DNA from: Gemmata obscuriglobus
GTDB lineage: Bacteria > Planctomycetota > Planctomycetia > Gemmatales > Gemmataceae
Length of the DNA stretch: 32,000 nucleotides
NCBI RefSeq assembly: GCF_008065095.1
Contig: NZ_CP042911.1
Span: 4,230,001 to 4,262,000 of the forward strand
Reading direction: 5' to 3'
Below, in pieces: positions 18,749 to 27,986 of this stretch (the stretch's first letter is position 1; each line of letters opens with the position of its first letter). The position numbers were made by a program, and so were the translations under genes. The notes beneath the pieces were generated by a model that was given only the letters and a program-made list of their open reading frames with translations, searched no databases and was not told the DNA's origin.

Positions 18749-19465
18749 TTATGGCGTCGGCGGGCCGGGCGGCGCGGCGGGCGTTGTTGCTTGGCCCTTC
18801 TCCAGCAGGTTCTTGATCTCCCCGAGTCGGTCGTAGAGCGAGAACCCCAGCAGCACCAGTTCGCAGTACACGCGGACCATGAGCAGGCTGAGTGGCAAGA
18901 AGATGACCGCCGAGCAGATCGCCCCGAAGACCATTTCGAGCTTGCCGGCGATCAGCCCGAACGCCACCGAAGCCAGCCCGACCAGAACCAGCACCCCGAT
19001 CGACAGAAAGAAGATCAGCTTCACGAACAGCGGCGCAATGAACTCACGGAAGAGCAGAAAGTCTGTCAGTGCGTTCTTCTGGGTGCCCTTGGGTTTTGCT
19101 TTGCGCGCGGGAAGGCGCTCGGCGTCGTCGTCCGACACATCGTCATCGACCGGGGGCTTTTTGCTTTTCGCTTTCCGCGGGGCGTCATCAAACTCGTCGT
19201 CCTCCGGGCGCGATTTCCCGGACCGTCCCGCTTTCTTCGCACTTTTCGCCGGCGGGCGTTCCTCATCGCCCGCGTTGAAGTCGAACGCGTTGTCCGCTCC
19301 CGCCGGAGCGGGTTCGGCCGCCGGCGGTGCGGCCGAACTTTGGTAGTCCAGGCCGTCTTCCCTCACAACGACCGGGGTGCCGCAGTTCTTGCACGTGAAC
19401 CTGCGGCCGACGGCCGCGGCGGTCACGTTGTACGCCGTGTTACACTTCGGGCAGGTGTTTTTCAT
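18749..19465 (-). CDS. Zinc-ribbon / DUF4282-type membrane protein
   Basis: MKNTCPKCNTAY...FTCKNCGTPV is a C-x2-C...C-x2-C zinc ribbon. It is followed by a low-complexity charged linker and a C-terminal hydrophobic DUF4282-like region (FLLFREFIAPLFVKLIFFLSIGVLVLVGL...). The start is taken at ATG 19465; the track start at 19567 is less likely. Confidence 0.7.
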   Translation of the reverse strand: MKNTCPKCNTAYNVTAAAVGRRFTCKNCGTPVVVREDGLDYQSSAAPPAAEPAPAGADNAFDFNAGDEERPPAKSAKKAGRSGKSRPEDDEFDDAPRKAKSKKPPVDDDVSDDDAERLPARKAKPKGTQKNALTDFLLFREFIAPLFVKLIFFLSIGVLVLVGLASVAFGLIAGKLEMVFGAICSAVIFLPLSLLMVRVYCELVLLGFSLYDRLGEIKNLLEKGQATTPAAPPGPPTP

Positions 19466-19766
19466 TGCGGGCTCGTCGGGGGCGGGAAGGGCGGCACGAC
19501 CGAGCGAGTTCGCCTCGCCGGGACGAACTCCTTTCGTTTCCGGCATTTTAGGCGGCCCCAGCGGCAATACAAGCGCGGCCCGAGCCCATCAGTGCCAGTG
19601 CGAGTTCGTGGGGTGCGTGCCACCCGCCTGCTGACGCAGGCGGGTGTAACCGGGGCACGTTTTGAGCAGGCGATTGATCTGGTCACGCCTGTCGCCAACT
19701 TGAAGCTGTTGGATAACCCGTTGAAGCTTTTGAAGTGCGGCGCCCCAGACCGGGTTCTCGCGCGAC

Positions 19767-20555
19767 TCAACCCATCGGCGGGTGATCACGGCCGGGAATT
19801 TGCGGAGGTGCGAGTACGCCTTTACTGCCGCTGACAACGGACACGAGGTCCGGCGCGCCGACCGGTGTCGGGAGCGCGAACAGCTCTCCGTACATGTAGC
19901 CGCAGCGACCGCCGTGGTAGCCGTTGGTCGAGCGGATCAGGTGCTCAACTTTCGCGAACCGAGCGGCGTCGAACTGCGACTCGTACGCCCGCACGGACGC
20001 GATTTTCTGATCGATGGTGTCGGAAATGTCCACCACGAATTGACTGTGCCAGTGACGCTGCTCGGCGTCGAACGGGAACGGGGCGTACACGAGGTGCGGC
20101 ACCCGGTACGGCGCTGTACCCGCGAACCGCTCGTCCCACTTTGTCAACTGTGAGTAAAAGCGAGCCGCCTCGCCGATGAGCCCGCCCTGGAGGTGATCCG
20201 GCGACGCCGCGGGTGTGCGTCCGGCCGCCACGATGATGATCCCGGGGCGGTAGCGGCGGAACTGCGTGGCGAGCGCGAACCGCGCCTCGGGGCCGTCCAT
20301 GAGTACCCGGTTCGGCAACTCCACGTTCACGCGCACCGGCACGTTCAGGATGCGCCGCGCTTCTTCGGCTTCCTTCTTCCGCGTTTCGAGCGTGCCCCGC
20401 GGGGTCGGCTCGCCGCTGGTGAGGTCGAAAATGCCGACCCGGTAGCCCTGCTTAACGAGCTTCGCGAGTGTGCCGCCGCACAGGATTTCGAGGTCGTCTG
20501 GGTGCGGGGCCACCGCCAGCACATCGAGCGATTCGGGTAACGGATCTTCAGGCAT
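19767..20555 (-). CDS. PIG-L/LmbE family deacetylase (BshB1-like)
   Basis: VLAVAPHPDDLEILCGG metal-binding motif. Later SPDH and family-typical length. ATG start. Confidence 0.85.
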   Translation of the reverse strand: MPEDPLPESLDVLAVAPHPDDLEILCGGTLAKLVKQGYRVGIFDLTSGEPTPRGTLETRKKEAEEARRILNVPVRVNVELPNRVLMDGPEARFALATQFRRYRPGIIIVAAGRTPAASPDHLQGGLIGEAARFYSQLTKWDERFAGTAPYRVPHLVYAPFPFDAEQRHWHSQFVVDISDTIDQKIASVRAYESQFDAARFAKVEHLIRSTNGYHGGRCGYMYGELFALPTPVGAPDLVSVVSGSKGVLAPPQIPGRDHPPMG

Positions 20556-20760
20556 GGCGCGGCTCCCAATCAGGGTCGAATGGTCGGGTGGGTTGTGTAG
20601 GGATACTCGCGCAGGAGGTGTGACTTTCAGGCACCCCGGAAAGACGTGCTGCTACCGGGGCTGAGGGCGTTTCGGCCGCGCGGGGGCGCCGCTCGAAGGT
20701 GACGAGCGGCGGCCAGATTACGAACGTGGTCTGACACCCCGTCGGGTGCGCCGAGGGCAA

Positions 20761-21657
20761 TTACTTCAACAGCCCGTAATTGACGAGCGTCTGGCGAACC
20801 TTTGCTTCACCCGCGGCGTCGATCGGGCACATCGGCAACCGCATCTCGCCGTTCCCGCGGCCGAGCAACTTCATGGCCGCCTTCAGCGGGATCGGGTTCG
20901 TGGACACGCTCAGCATGTCCCGGCACAGCGGGAACAGTTTGCGGTGCCACTGGAGCGCTTCTTCAAACCTCCCCGCGGCGAACGCCCGCACCAGCGCCAT
21001 CATGTCGCGCGGGACGATGTTCCCGACCACGCTCACCACGCCCTTACCGCCGATGCTCATCAGCGGGAGCGTCAGGCTGTCGTCGCCGCTGAGGATGGTG
21101 AGGTCGGTGAGGGCCGCGACGCTGCTCGCCTGGTCGAGCGAGCCGGTCGCCTCTTTCACGGCCACGATCGTCGGGCACTTCTCGGCCATCCGCGCGATCG
21201 TTTCGGGGAGGATGTTGCTCCCGGTGCGGCCGGGGATGTTGTAGATGACGATTGGGAGGTCGGTGGCCTCTGCGACCGCGGCGAAGTGGCGGAAGTAGCC
21301 CTCTTGCGACGGCTTGTTGTAGTACGGGCCGACCTGGAGCGTGCCGTTGGCGCCGGCCCGCTTCGCGGCCTTCGTCATCCGGATCGCTTCGGCGGTCGAG
21401 TTCGACCCGGTCCCGGCCATCACCTTCGTCCGACCGCCGGCGCGCTCGCACACGAACGACACGACGCGCTCGTTCTCCTCGTGCGTCAGGGTCGGGGACT
21501 CGCCGGTGGTGCCGCACGGGGCGAGCGCGTCGGTGCCCTGCTCGCAGTGCCAGTCCACGAGTTTGCCCAGCTCGTCCCAATCGACCTCGCCGTTCTTGAA
21601 CGGGGTGACGATCGCGACGGTGACGCCCGCGAACAGTTCGCCGCGCGTGGCAGCCAT
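20761..21657 (-). CDS. dapA: 4-hydroxy-tetrahydrodipicolinate synthase
   Basis: [28 protein letters not shown] and the active-site lysine context VAVKEATG. The start is taken at ATG 21657 ([11 protein letters not shown]). Confidence 0.93.
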   Translation of the reverse strand: MAATRGELFAGVTVAIVTPFKNGEVDWDELGKLVDWHCEQGTDALAPCGTTGESPTLTHEENERVVSFVCERAGGRTKVMAGTGSNSTAEAIRMTKAAKRAGANGTLQVGPYYNKPSQEGYFRHFAAVAEATDLPIVIYNIPGRTGSNILPETIARMAEKCPTIVAVKEATGSLDQASSVAALTDLTILSGDDSLTLPLMSIGGKGVVSVVGNIVPRDMMALVRAFAAGRFEEALQWHRKLFPLCRDMLSVSTNPIPLKAAMKLLGRGNGEMRLPMCPIDAAGEAKVRQTLVNYGLLK

Positions 21658-21746
21658 TGACAGAACCTCAACAGGGAACAGAGCGAATCGGTGAGCGATT
21701 AAGCTACGGACGGTGCGAGACCCGAGCAAGTTCGGGCGCGGCGGCT

Positions 21747-22388
21747 TCAGCGCTTCAGAGCGAGCGTGAGCCCGTCCGCGAACGGGAGGAAGCTGAGCGT
21801 GACGCGCCGGTCGCCGTGGAGCTTGGCGTTCAGGGCGCGTATGGCCTGCGTGTCCGGGTCGGTGACGGTCGGGTCGGCGGGCTTACCGTCCCAGAGGGTG
21901 TTGTCGATGGCGATGAGCCCGCCGGGACGCACCAGCTCCAGGCAGCGCTCGAAGTACAGGTCGTAGGCGCCCTTGTCGGCGTCGATGAAGGCGTAGTCGA
22001 ACGTGCCCGCGTGGCCGGTCGCCAGCAAGCTCGCCAGCGAGTCCGCCGCCGGCGCGATCCGGAACTCGACCTTCGCACTCAGCCCCATCCGCCCGATGTG
22101 CTTTTGCGCGACGCCGGCGTACACGGCACTCAGCTCGCAGCAGATCAGCTTTCCGTCGGCCGGCAGTGCGCTCGCGACCCACGCGGCGGAGTACCCCGTA
22201 AACGTCCCGACTTCCAGGCACTTTTTGGCGCCCATCAGTTGGACCAGCATGGCCAGGAACGGCCCCTGTTCGGGCGCGATTTGCCACTCGGCTTCCGCGA
22301 GCTTCGTGGTTTCCTCACGGAGCGCCTCAAACGCGGCCGGCTCGCGCAACCCGACCGACAGCACGTACTCGTAGAGCTTTGCGGTCAT
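21747..22388 (-). CDS. Class I SAM-dependent O-methyltransferase (caffeoyl-CoA OMT-like)
   Basis: SAM motif [11 protein letters not shown]. Metal-binding region [21 protein letters not shown]. The start is taken at ATG 22388. Confidence 0.85.
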   Translation of the reverse strand: MTAKLYEYVLSVGLREPAAFEALREETTKLAEAEWQIAPEQGPFLAMLVQLMGAKKCLEVGTFTGYSAAWVASALPADGKLICCELSAVYAGVAQKHIGRMGLSAKVEFRIAPAADSLASLLATGHAGTFDYAFIDADKGAYDLYFERCLELVRPGGLIAIDNTLWDGKPADPTVTDPDTQAIRALNAKLHGDRRVTLSFLPFADGLTLALKR

Positions 22389-22516
22389 CGGGGTGGGGTG
22401 AACGAAGCTCGGCAGCACGGCGAACCCTCCGGGGCGAGTCGTGCGGACATTGTACGAAACGCGGCGGCCCGACCCGTTGTCTCAAACGGGTCGGGCCGCC
22501 GCGTTTCACGGGTCGG

Positions 22517-23227
22517 TCAGCGGGCGTCCGCGATGCTGTTGCTCGGCTTGTGGTCGGTGTGCATCTTGGCGATTTCGGCCGCGAGGTTCTCGATGAACAG
22601 CGCCTTGAACGCACTCTCGGAGGGATAGGCCTCGACCGACCGGGCGGTTTTCGGGTACGAGAACGACAGCGGGTACTTGTCCTTCATTTCACCGCCATCG
22701 GCCCCGATCTCGTAGATGCTCACGAACACCTCGGCGCGGCCGTCATAGATACTGTTCTTGGTGTTGGGATCGTACAGCCGCAACTGGTCGAGGTAGATCT
22801 CGAGCACGAAGTCGGCCCCGAGCTTCTGCCCGATTTCGCCGGTGCTCATCTGTTTCCAGTTGGGGTTCTTGCTCTTGAACCTCCCGACTTCGGTCTGGCT
22901 GACGACCTTCACCTTCTTCTTGTCTTTGTTTTCCTTTGCCATTTCGGGCAGCGCTTTCGCGAGCCGGTCGGCGAGATCCTGGGTAGCGGTCGCAAACTGC
23001 GGGTTGTTGCTCCCCGGCGCGATCTGCGGCAGCAGCACCACGACGATCTCGTCCTTGTCCTTCTTCGGCCCCTCTTTGAACGAGAGCGGGTACCGGGCCG
23101 GCACCTTGTCCTCGCGCGCGAAGATGAATGCGGCGATGTTGAGCGGGTTGCACCCGATCGACCCGACTGCCAAGACCGACGTCCACACCGCCAGGCGGGC
23201 CCACCGGCCGACACGATTACGGTTCAT
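22517..23227 (-). CDS. Hypothetical lipoprotein
   Basis: Signal peptide ending in lipobox VGSIGC. Good third-position GC bias. No family recognised. ATG at 23227. Confidence 0.7.
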   Translation of the reverse strand: MNRNRVGRWARLAVWTSVLAVGSIGCNPLNIAAFIFAREDKVPARYPLSFKEGPKKDKDEIVVVLLPQIAPGSNNPQFATATQDLADRLAKALPEMAKENKDKKKVKVVSQTEVGRFKSKNPNWKQMSTGEIGQKLGADFVLEIYLDQLRLYDPNTKNSIYDGRAEVFVSIYEIGADGGEMKDKYPLSFSYPKTARSVEAYPSESAFKALFIENLAAEIAKMHTDHKPSNSIADAR

Positions 23228-23348
23228 CCGTGAACCCCCCATTAATGAGTGCGTGGGAGCGGGTGAGTGAGAGTGCAGCGAACAAGAACGGAGCGTTGCC
23301 TCTGTCCTGCGTTCTTGCTCGCACTCACGCGCAGCCGCGTTGTTCCCG

Positions 23349-23786
23349 TCAGTCCCAAATCAGCAGCGCGCCCCACCGCGCCAGCATCAAAATGACGATC
23401 ACCCCGGTGATGGCGGTGAAGATCGTCTCCCCGGCGCCCGGGCGCTGGGGGATCAGTACCAACCGGCCCCGTATGCCGCTGGCCAGCGTCCACACCAGCG
23501 TCGCCGCCCAGACGACGCAGATGATGGTGCCGACCCAGTTCGCCCGGAGCGAGTTCAACACGTCCCCGCGAACCAGGAGGGCGAAGCTGGTTGTCATCCC
23601 GCACGACGGGCACGGCTTTCCCGCCAGCTCCGCGAAGTTGCACGGCGGCAAGCCGAGCTGCGTGTGGGTGGACATCGTCTGCGCGGCCCCGTTCGGGCCG
23701 TACGGGTTGATCGACGCCGCGGCCGCAAAGACGGCCGCGAGTGCCACCCCGAAGGCGACCAGCACCGCCCGCACCAGTCGGGTCAT
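23349..23786 (-). CDS. DUF2752 domain membrane protein
   Basis: PPCNFAELAGKPCPSCGMTTSF cysteine motif flanked by hydrophobic helices. The start is uncertain: ATG 23786 or GTG 23888. The track start at 23966 lies inside the inverted repeat of the neighbouring IS and was rejected. Confidence 0.7.
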   Translation of the reverse strand: MTRLVRAVLVAFGVALAAVFAAAASINPYGPNGAAQTMSTHTQLGLPPCNFAELAGKPCPSCGMTTSFALLVRGDVLNSLRANWVGTIICVVWAATLVWTLASGIRGRLVLIPQRPGAGETIFTAITGVIVILMLARWGALLIWD

Positions 23787-23936
23787 CGGCCGGCGCCCCC
23801 GACGAACCGGCCGCACCACCGGCGGGGCCGGTTCAATCGGGCCGTTCGCACTCTCCGGGCCGGTCGTAGTTGGTTGTTCGGGTTGCACGCATAGCCTCCG
23901 GCGGGGGACGACGCAAGCGGACTTTAATCGATTTCG

Positions 23937-23944
23937 CTCACGTG
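23937..23944. repeat. Target-site duplication CTCACGTG, left of the ISAs1 element
   Basis: Identical 8-mer at 25197-25204, immediately outside the opposite inverted repeat. Confidence 0.75.
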
Positions 23945-25196
23945 CCAGGGCCTTTCCTTGATTCACTCTACGTAACTCCGATAAGTCCCTTGGCCATTGC
24001 CGGGTCCATCTGGAGCCGCTCGATCGCCTCCGGGCAACTCACCGCCTTGACCTCACGCCACAGGTGCACCACGGCGTTCCGCAGCGCCGCCAGCACCTGT
24101 GGTGCGTGCCCCATGCGCACACGACACGCGTCCTCGCCCAGTGTCACGTCACGCACGTAATGCAGTTCGTTCTCGATGCGCCAGTGCGTCCGCACATGGT
24201 TCAGGAGTGTGGCCGCATCCGCCTTCTCGGCCGACAGGCTCGTGATGCCGAAATGCACTTCGACCGTCGTTTGGCCTCGGACCGTCCGCTCACGCGTCAA
24301 CTGGAAGCCCTGCTTCACCCCCGCCCACGTCGGCGAGCACGTCAGAATCGAGGTCGTTTGCAGCGTCCGCTTCTCGATGCGGCCGTGACCCTTATCGACG
24401 GTCGTGGCGATGCGGCTCGGGGCGGGCGGAGGCCGATCCCCAGGGGGAAGTGGCCGCCGCGATCGATCGGGCGGCGGTCTCGAAGGCGAACCCGGCTCGG
24501 ATGTCGATCCCCAATCCGGGTTGGTTGTCCTTCACCGTGAGCACGTAGTCGCCGCCGGCCCCGACCACCTCCTCGGCCAGGTCTCGCTGGCAGAACATGG
24601 CGTCGCCGACCACGACCTTCCCTCGCAGCGGCAGAATGCCGAGGAGCGTCAAGGCGGCCTTGTGCTCGTTGGTGCTCGCATCGACCTTGACCTGGGCGAG
24701 TACGGCACCGACGGTGGGGGCGTATGCGGCCAGCAGGTGCTGACCGGGGATCGCGCCGTTGCGAGAGCCTCGAAGGGTCTTGCCGTCGATGGAGATGTGT
24801 GTGAAGGCGGCCGGGTCGACGCGGCTGGCGATCCAGTACGAGAGGACGTGCTCCAGTTGGTCGGCGTCGAAGCGTCGCAGGGTGCGGGAGAGCGTGGAAA
24901 CGGCCGGGGTCTTGCCGCGTCGGAAGCCGAGGGCATGGGCGAGGGCGGGTCCGTGCTGTCGCCCGAAGCGAGCGATGCCATTGAGGCTGGTGCGCCCCAT
25001 GAGCATGGCGAGGGCGACGAGTCCGAGGAAGGGGGCGAGTGGGTGGATAAGGCCGTGCTTGCTGCGGGGATCGGGAACCGCCGCCAGGGCATCGACCAGG
25101 GTGCAAGGAGACATGGGTACCTTCCTGGCTGCGAGAAGGCGCCCCACATAGCCACGTTCCCTCGTGTAAGCAAGGTGAAATAAGGAAAGGCCCTGG
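23945..25196 (-). mobile_element. ISAs1-family insertion sequence
   Basis: Perfect 15-bp terminal inverted repeats: CCAGGGCCTTTCCTT at 23945-23959, and its complement at 25182-25196. Flanked by 8-bp direct repeats. Encodes an ISAs1-type transposase. Confidence 0.85.
23968..25114 (-). pseudogene. ISAs1-family transposase (IS4-like DDE), single frameshift
   Basis: The N-terminal part is track ORF 24392..25201, from MSPCTLVDALAAVPDPRSKHG... to ISIDGKTLRG...GDAMFCQ...LTVKDNQP. The C-terminal part reads DKGHGRIEKR...HWRIENELHYVRDVTLGEDACRVR in another frame. The frames overlap at 24390-24530, near CCCCC/GGGG runs around 24440. Confidence 0.8.
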
Positions 25197-25204
25197 CTCA
25201 CGTG
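25197..25204. repeat. Target-site duplication CTCACGTG, right of the ISAs1 element
   Basis: Identical to 23937-23944. Confidence 0.75.
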
Positions 25205-25247
25205 CCACGATGATGGTTCTTAATTCTACCGGCGCGGGGGGATCGGT

Positions 25248-26234
25248 GTGACGCGGGTGTTGCGAGAAGCACGGCGGTTCGCGGCGGGCCGGGCAGGGGC
25301 GGGCATTGTGGGGGTCTCCGGCGGGGCGGATAGCGTGGCGCTGCTCCGCGCCCTTCGCTCGGCTGATGTCACGCTCGTGGTCGCGCACGTGAACCACCGG
25401 CTCCGGGGCGCGGAGTCCGACGGCGACGAGGCGTTCGTGCGCGAGCTGTGTGCCGGCCTCGGGCTCGAATGCCGGGTGCTGAGTGCGGACGTAGCCGCCT
25501 TGGCCGCCGGCGACAACCTCGAATCGACCGCCCGCCGGGTTCGATACGAGTTCTTCGCTCGGGTCGCGGGTGCGGTCGGCGCCGGGTGGGTCGCCACGGC
25601 GCACACCGCCGACGACCAGGCGGAAACCGTCCTGCACCGGCTCATCCGCGGCACCGGGATTCAGGGGCTCAGAGGGATCGCAGCGGAACGGCCGAACGAC
25701 GCATTCCCCGGGGTGAAGGACGGAGGCCGGCCCCTCGTCCGGCCCCTCCTCGCGGTCACGCGCGCCGACGTGGTCACCTATCTCAATGAACTCGGGCAAC
25801 CGTTCCGCACAGACAGCTCGAACGCGGACCCGAAGTTCACACGCAACCGGGTTCGGCACGAACTGCTCCCGCTACTGAGAACCTTCAATCCGGAAATCGT
25901 GGGCGCACTCGCTCACCTCGCCGAACACGCCAACGAGGCACACGACATCGTGATTGCGGCGGCGGCAGACTTGCTCAGCCGCGCGGAGCGTCCGCCGGCC
26001 GCGGGCACCCTGATCCTCGACGCCGCGACGCTGCGGTCCGCGTCGCCCGGTCTGGCGCGCGCGGCCCTGCGTTTGGTGTGGGAGCGCGAGGGCTGGCCGG
26101 TCTCGGACATGACGTTCGCGGCGTGGGAGCGGGCGGTGAGTGTTGCGGGTGGTAGCGCCTCGGCGTGTGACTTCCCAGGCGGTGTGAGGATGCGCGGTGC
26201 GGGCAAGGTGGTTCAGCTCACGCGGCGCGCATAG
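25248..26234 (+). CDS. tilS: tRNA(Ile)-lysidine synthetase
   Basis: PP-loop GVSGGADSVALL. HVNHRLRG. TADDQAETVLHRLIRGTG. GTG start with a G-rich Shine-Dalgarno sequence 6 nt upstream. Confidence 0.88.
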   Translation: MTRVLREARRFAAGRAGAGIVGVSGGADSVALLRALRSADVTLVVAHVNHRLRGAESDGDEAFVRELCAGLGLECRVLSADVAALAAGDNLESTARRVRYEFFARVAGAVGAGWVATAHTADDQAETVLHRLIRGTGIQGLRGIAAERPNDAFPGVKDGGRPLVRPLLAVTRADVVTYLNELGQPFRTDSSNADPKFTRNRVRHELLPLLRTFNPEIVGALAHLAEHANEAHDIVIAAAADLLSRAERPPAAGTLILDAATLRSASPGLARAALRLVWEREGWPVSDMTFAAWERAVSVAGGSASACDFPGGVRMRGAGKVVQLTRRA

Positions 26235-26254
26235 AACAACGCTTTACGAAAGGA

Positions 26255-27850
26255 ATGATGCCGATGCTGCGTCCGATCCGCCGCGCCCTCCTCAGTGTGT
26301 CCGACAAAACCGGACTCGTGGACTTTGCCCGCGAACTCTCCACCAAGTACGGAGTTGAACTGATCGCCACGGGCGGCACGCGCAAGGCTCTGGCGGACGC
26401 GGGCCTGCCGGTGAAGGACATCAGCGAGCTGACGAAGTTCCCCGAGATCCTCGACGGCCGGGTGAAGACGCTGCACCCGGCGATCTACGCCGGGCTGCTC
26501 GCCAAGCGCGACAAGTCCGAGCACATGCAGACGCTCGCGGAACACGCGCTGCCCGAGATCGACCTCGTCGTGTGCAACCTGTACCCGTTTGAGAAGACCG
26601 TTGCGAAGGAGGGCGTGACCGAAGCGGAGGCGATCGAGAACATCGACATCGGCGGCCCGTGCATGGTCCGCGCCGCGGCCAAGAACTTCGCGAGCGTGGC
26701 CATCGCAACCGTGCCCGCTCAGTTCGCGGACATTTTGACCGAACTCGCAACGCAGAACGGGCAGACGACGCGCGACCTGCGGTTCAAACTCGCCTCTGCC
26801 GCGTTCAGCCTGATCGCGGCCTACGACCACGCCATCGCGACGTACTTCCTTCATCAGCAGTCCAAGAGCCCGAACGACAAAACGCCCCTGCCTGTTCACC
26901 TGCATCCCGGCTTCAAGAACATCCAGCCGCTGCGCTACGGCGAGAACCCGCACCAGCAGGCGGCGTTCTACAGCGACGTGCCCGAACCGGCGCGCCCCTG
27001 CGTCGCCACCGCCGAGCAACTGCACGGCAAAGAACTCAGCTACAACAACATCCTCGACCTCGACTCGGCGCTGAACCTCGCCCGCGAGTTCGCAGCTCCT
27101 GCCTGTGTGGTGGTGAAGCACAACAACCCGTGCGGAGCTGCGACATCCGGCAAACTCGCCGACGCCTTCCTGAAGGCCTGGGACGGCGACCCGCTCTCCG
27201 CGTTCGGCGGCATCATCGCGTTCAACCAGACCGTCGATGTCGACACCGCGGCCGCAATCATGGATCCGAAGGCAAAGCGGTTCGTGGAGTGCGTGATCGC
27301 GCCGGATTACGAGCCCCACGCACTCGAAGCCCTCAAGAAGTGGAAGGAGAACGTCCGCTTCCTGAAGACCGGGCCGCTGTCCGGCGGGCCGCAGGGGCTC
27401 GACTACCGGCGCGTCGACGGCGGGTTGCTCGTCCAGACCCGCGACACCGGCGCTGACAAACCCGACGCCTGGAAATGCGTCACCGATCGCAAGCCCACCG
27501 AAGACGAGTGGCACGCGCTCCACTTCGCATGGTTCGTGTGCAAGCACGTCAAGTCGAACGCGATCGTCCTCGCGAAGGGCGCGCAGGTCGTCGGCGTCGG
27601 GGCCGGGCAGATGTCGCGTGTGGTGTCGGTGGAGATCGCGGTCAAGAAGGCCGGAGAACATGCGAAGGGGAGCGTACTGGCGTCCGACGCGTTCTTCCCG
27701 TTCCCGGACAACGTCCACGCGGCGGCTGCGGCCGGTGTTACCGCGGTCATCCAGCCCGGCGGTTCGGTGAAGGACGCCGACAGCATCGCCGCGTGCAACC
27801 AGCACGGCATCACGATGCTCTTTACCGGCGTCCGGCACTTCCGGCACTAA
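26255..27850 (+). CDS. purH: Bifunctional AICAR transformylase / IMP cyclohydrolase
   Basis: SVSDKTGLVDFA, ATGGTRKAL, KTLHPAIYAGLL, and the C-terminal FFPFPD...TGVRHFRH. The start could be any of three ATGs at 26255-26266. Confidence 0.95.
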   Translation: MMPMLRPIRRALLSVSDKTGLVDFARELSTKYGVELIATGGTRKALADAGLPVKDISELTKFPEILDGRVKTLHPAIYAGLLAKRDKSEHMQTLAEHALPEIDLVVCNLYPFEKTVAKEGVTEAEAIENIDIGGPCMVRAAAKNFASVAIATVPAQFADILTELATQNGQTTRDLRFKLASAAFSLIAAYDHAIATYFLHQQSKSPNDKTPLPVHLHPGFKNIQPLRYGENPHQQAAFYSDVPEPARPCVATAEQLHGKELSYNNILDLDSALNLAREFAAPACVVVKHNNPCGAATSGKLADAFLKAWDGDPLSAFGGIIAFNQTVDVDTAAAIMDPKAKRFVECVIAPDYEPHALEALKKWKENVRFLKTGPLSGGPQGLDYRRVDGGLLVQTRDTGADKPDAWKCVTDRKPTEDEWHALHFAWFVCKHVKSNAIVLAKGAQVVGVGAGQMSRVVSVEIAVKKAGEHAKGSVLASDAFFPFPDNVHAAAAAGVTAVIQPGGSVKDADSIAACNQHGITMLFTGVRHFRH

Positions 27851-27865
27851 TGAAGGCAGCAGATC

Positions 27866-27963
27866 TTCACCGCAGAGGGCGCGAGAGGGCGCAGAGAAAG
27901 ACCAGAGAGTGAGGTTCAAGCTCTCTGTCTTTCTCTGCGCCCTCTCGCGCCCTCTGCGGTGAA
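27866..27963. repeat. 98-bp near-perfect palindrome (REP-like hairpin, possible terminator)
   Basis: The left arm 27866-27909 (ttcaccgcagagggcgcgagagggcgcagagaaagaccagagag) pairs with the right arm 27921-27963, with a single 1-nt bulge. The loop is tgaggttcaag. Lies between the purH stop and the M42 peptidase start. Confidence 0.8.
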
Positions 27964-27986
27964 CCCTTTATCTGAGAGGCACTGAG

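Noticed and set aside
19589-19837. 82-aa minus-strand ORF in the PIG-L / zinc-ribbon intergenic region
   Set aside because: Its only start codon lies 70 nt inside the PIG-L coding sequence. The non-overlapping part has no ATG, GTG or TTG in frame and is rich in A/T-ending codons (ctt, caa, gtt), unlike real genes here.
23889-23966. Extended start of the DUF2752 gene at 23966
   Set aside because: The start codon would lie inside the inverted repeat of the ISAs1 element, beyond the target duplication. It cannot be the ancestral start and is probably a chance open frame.
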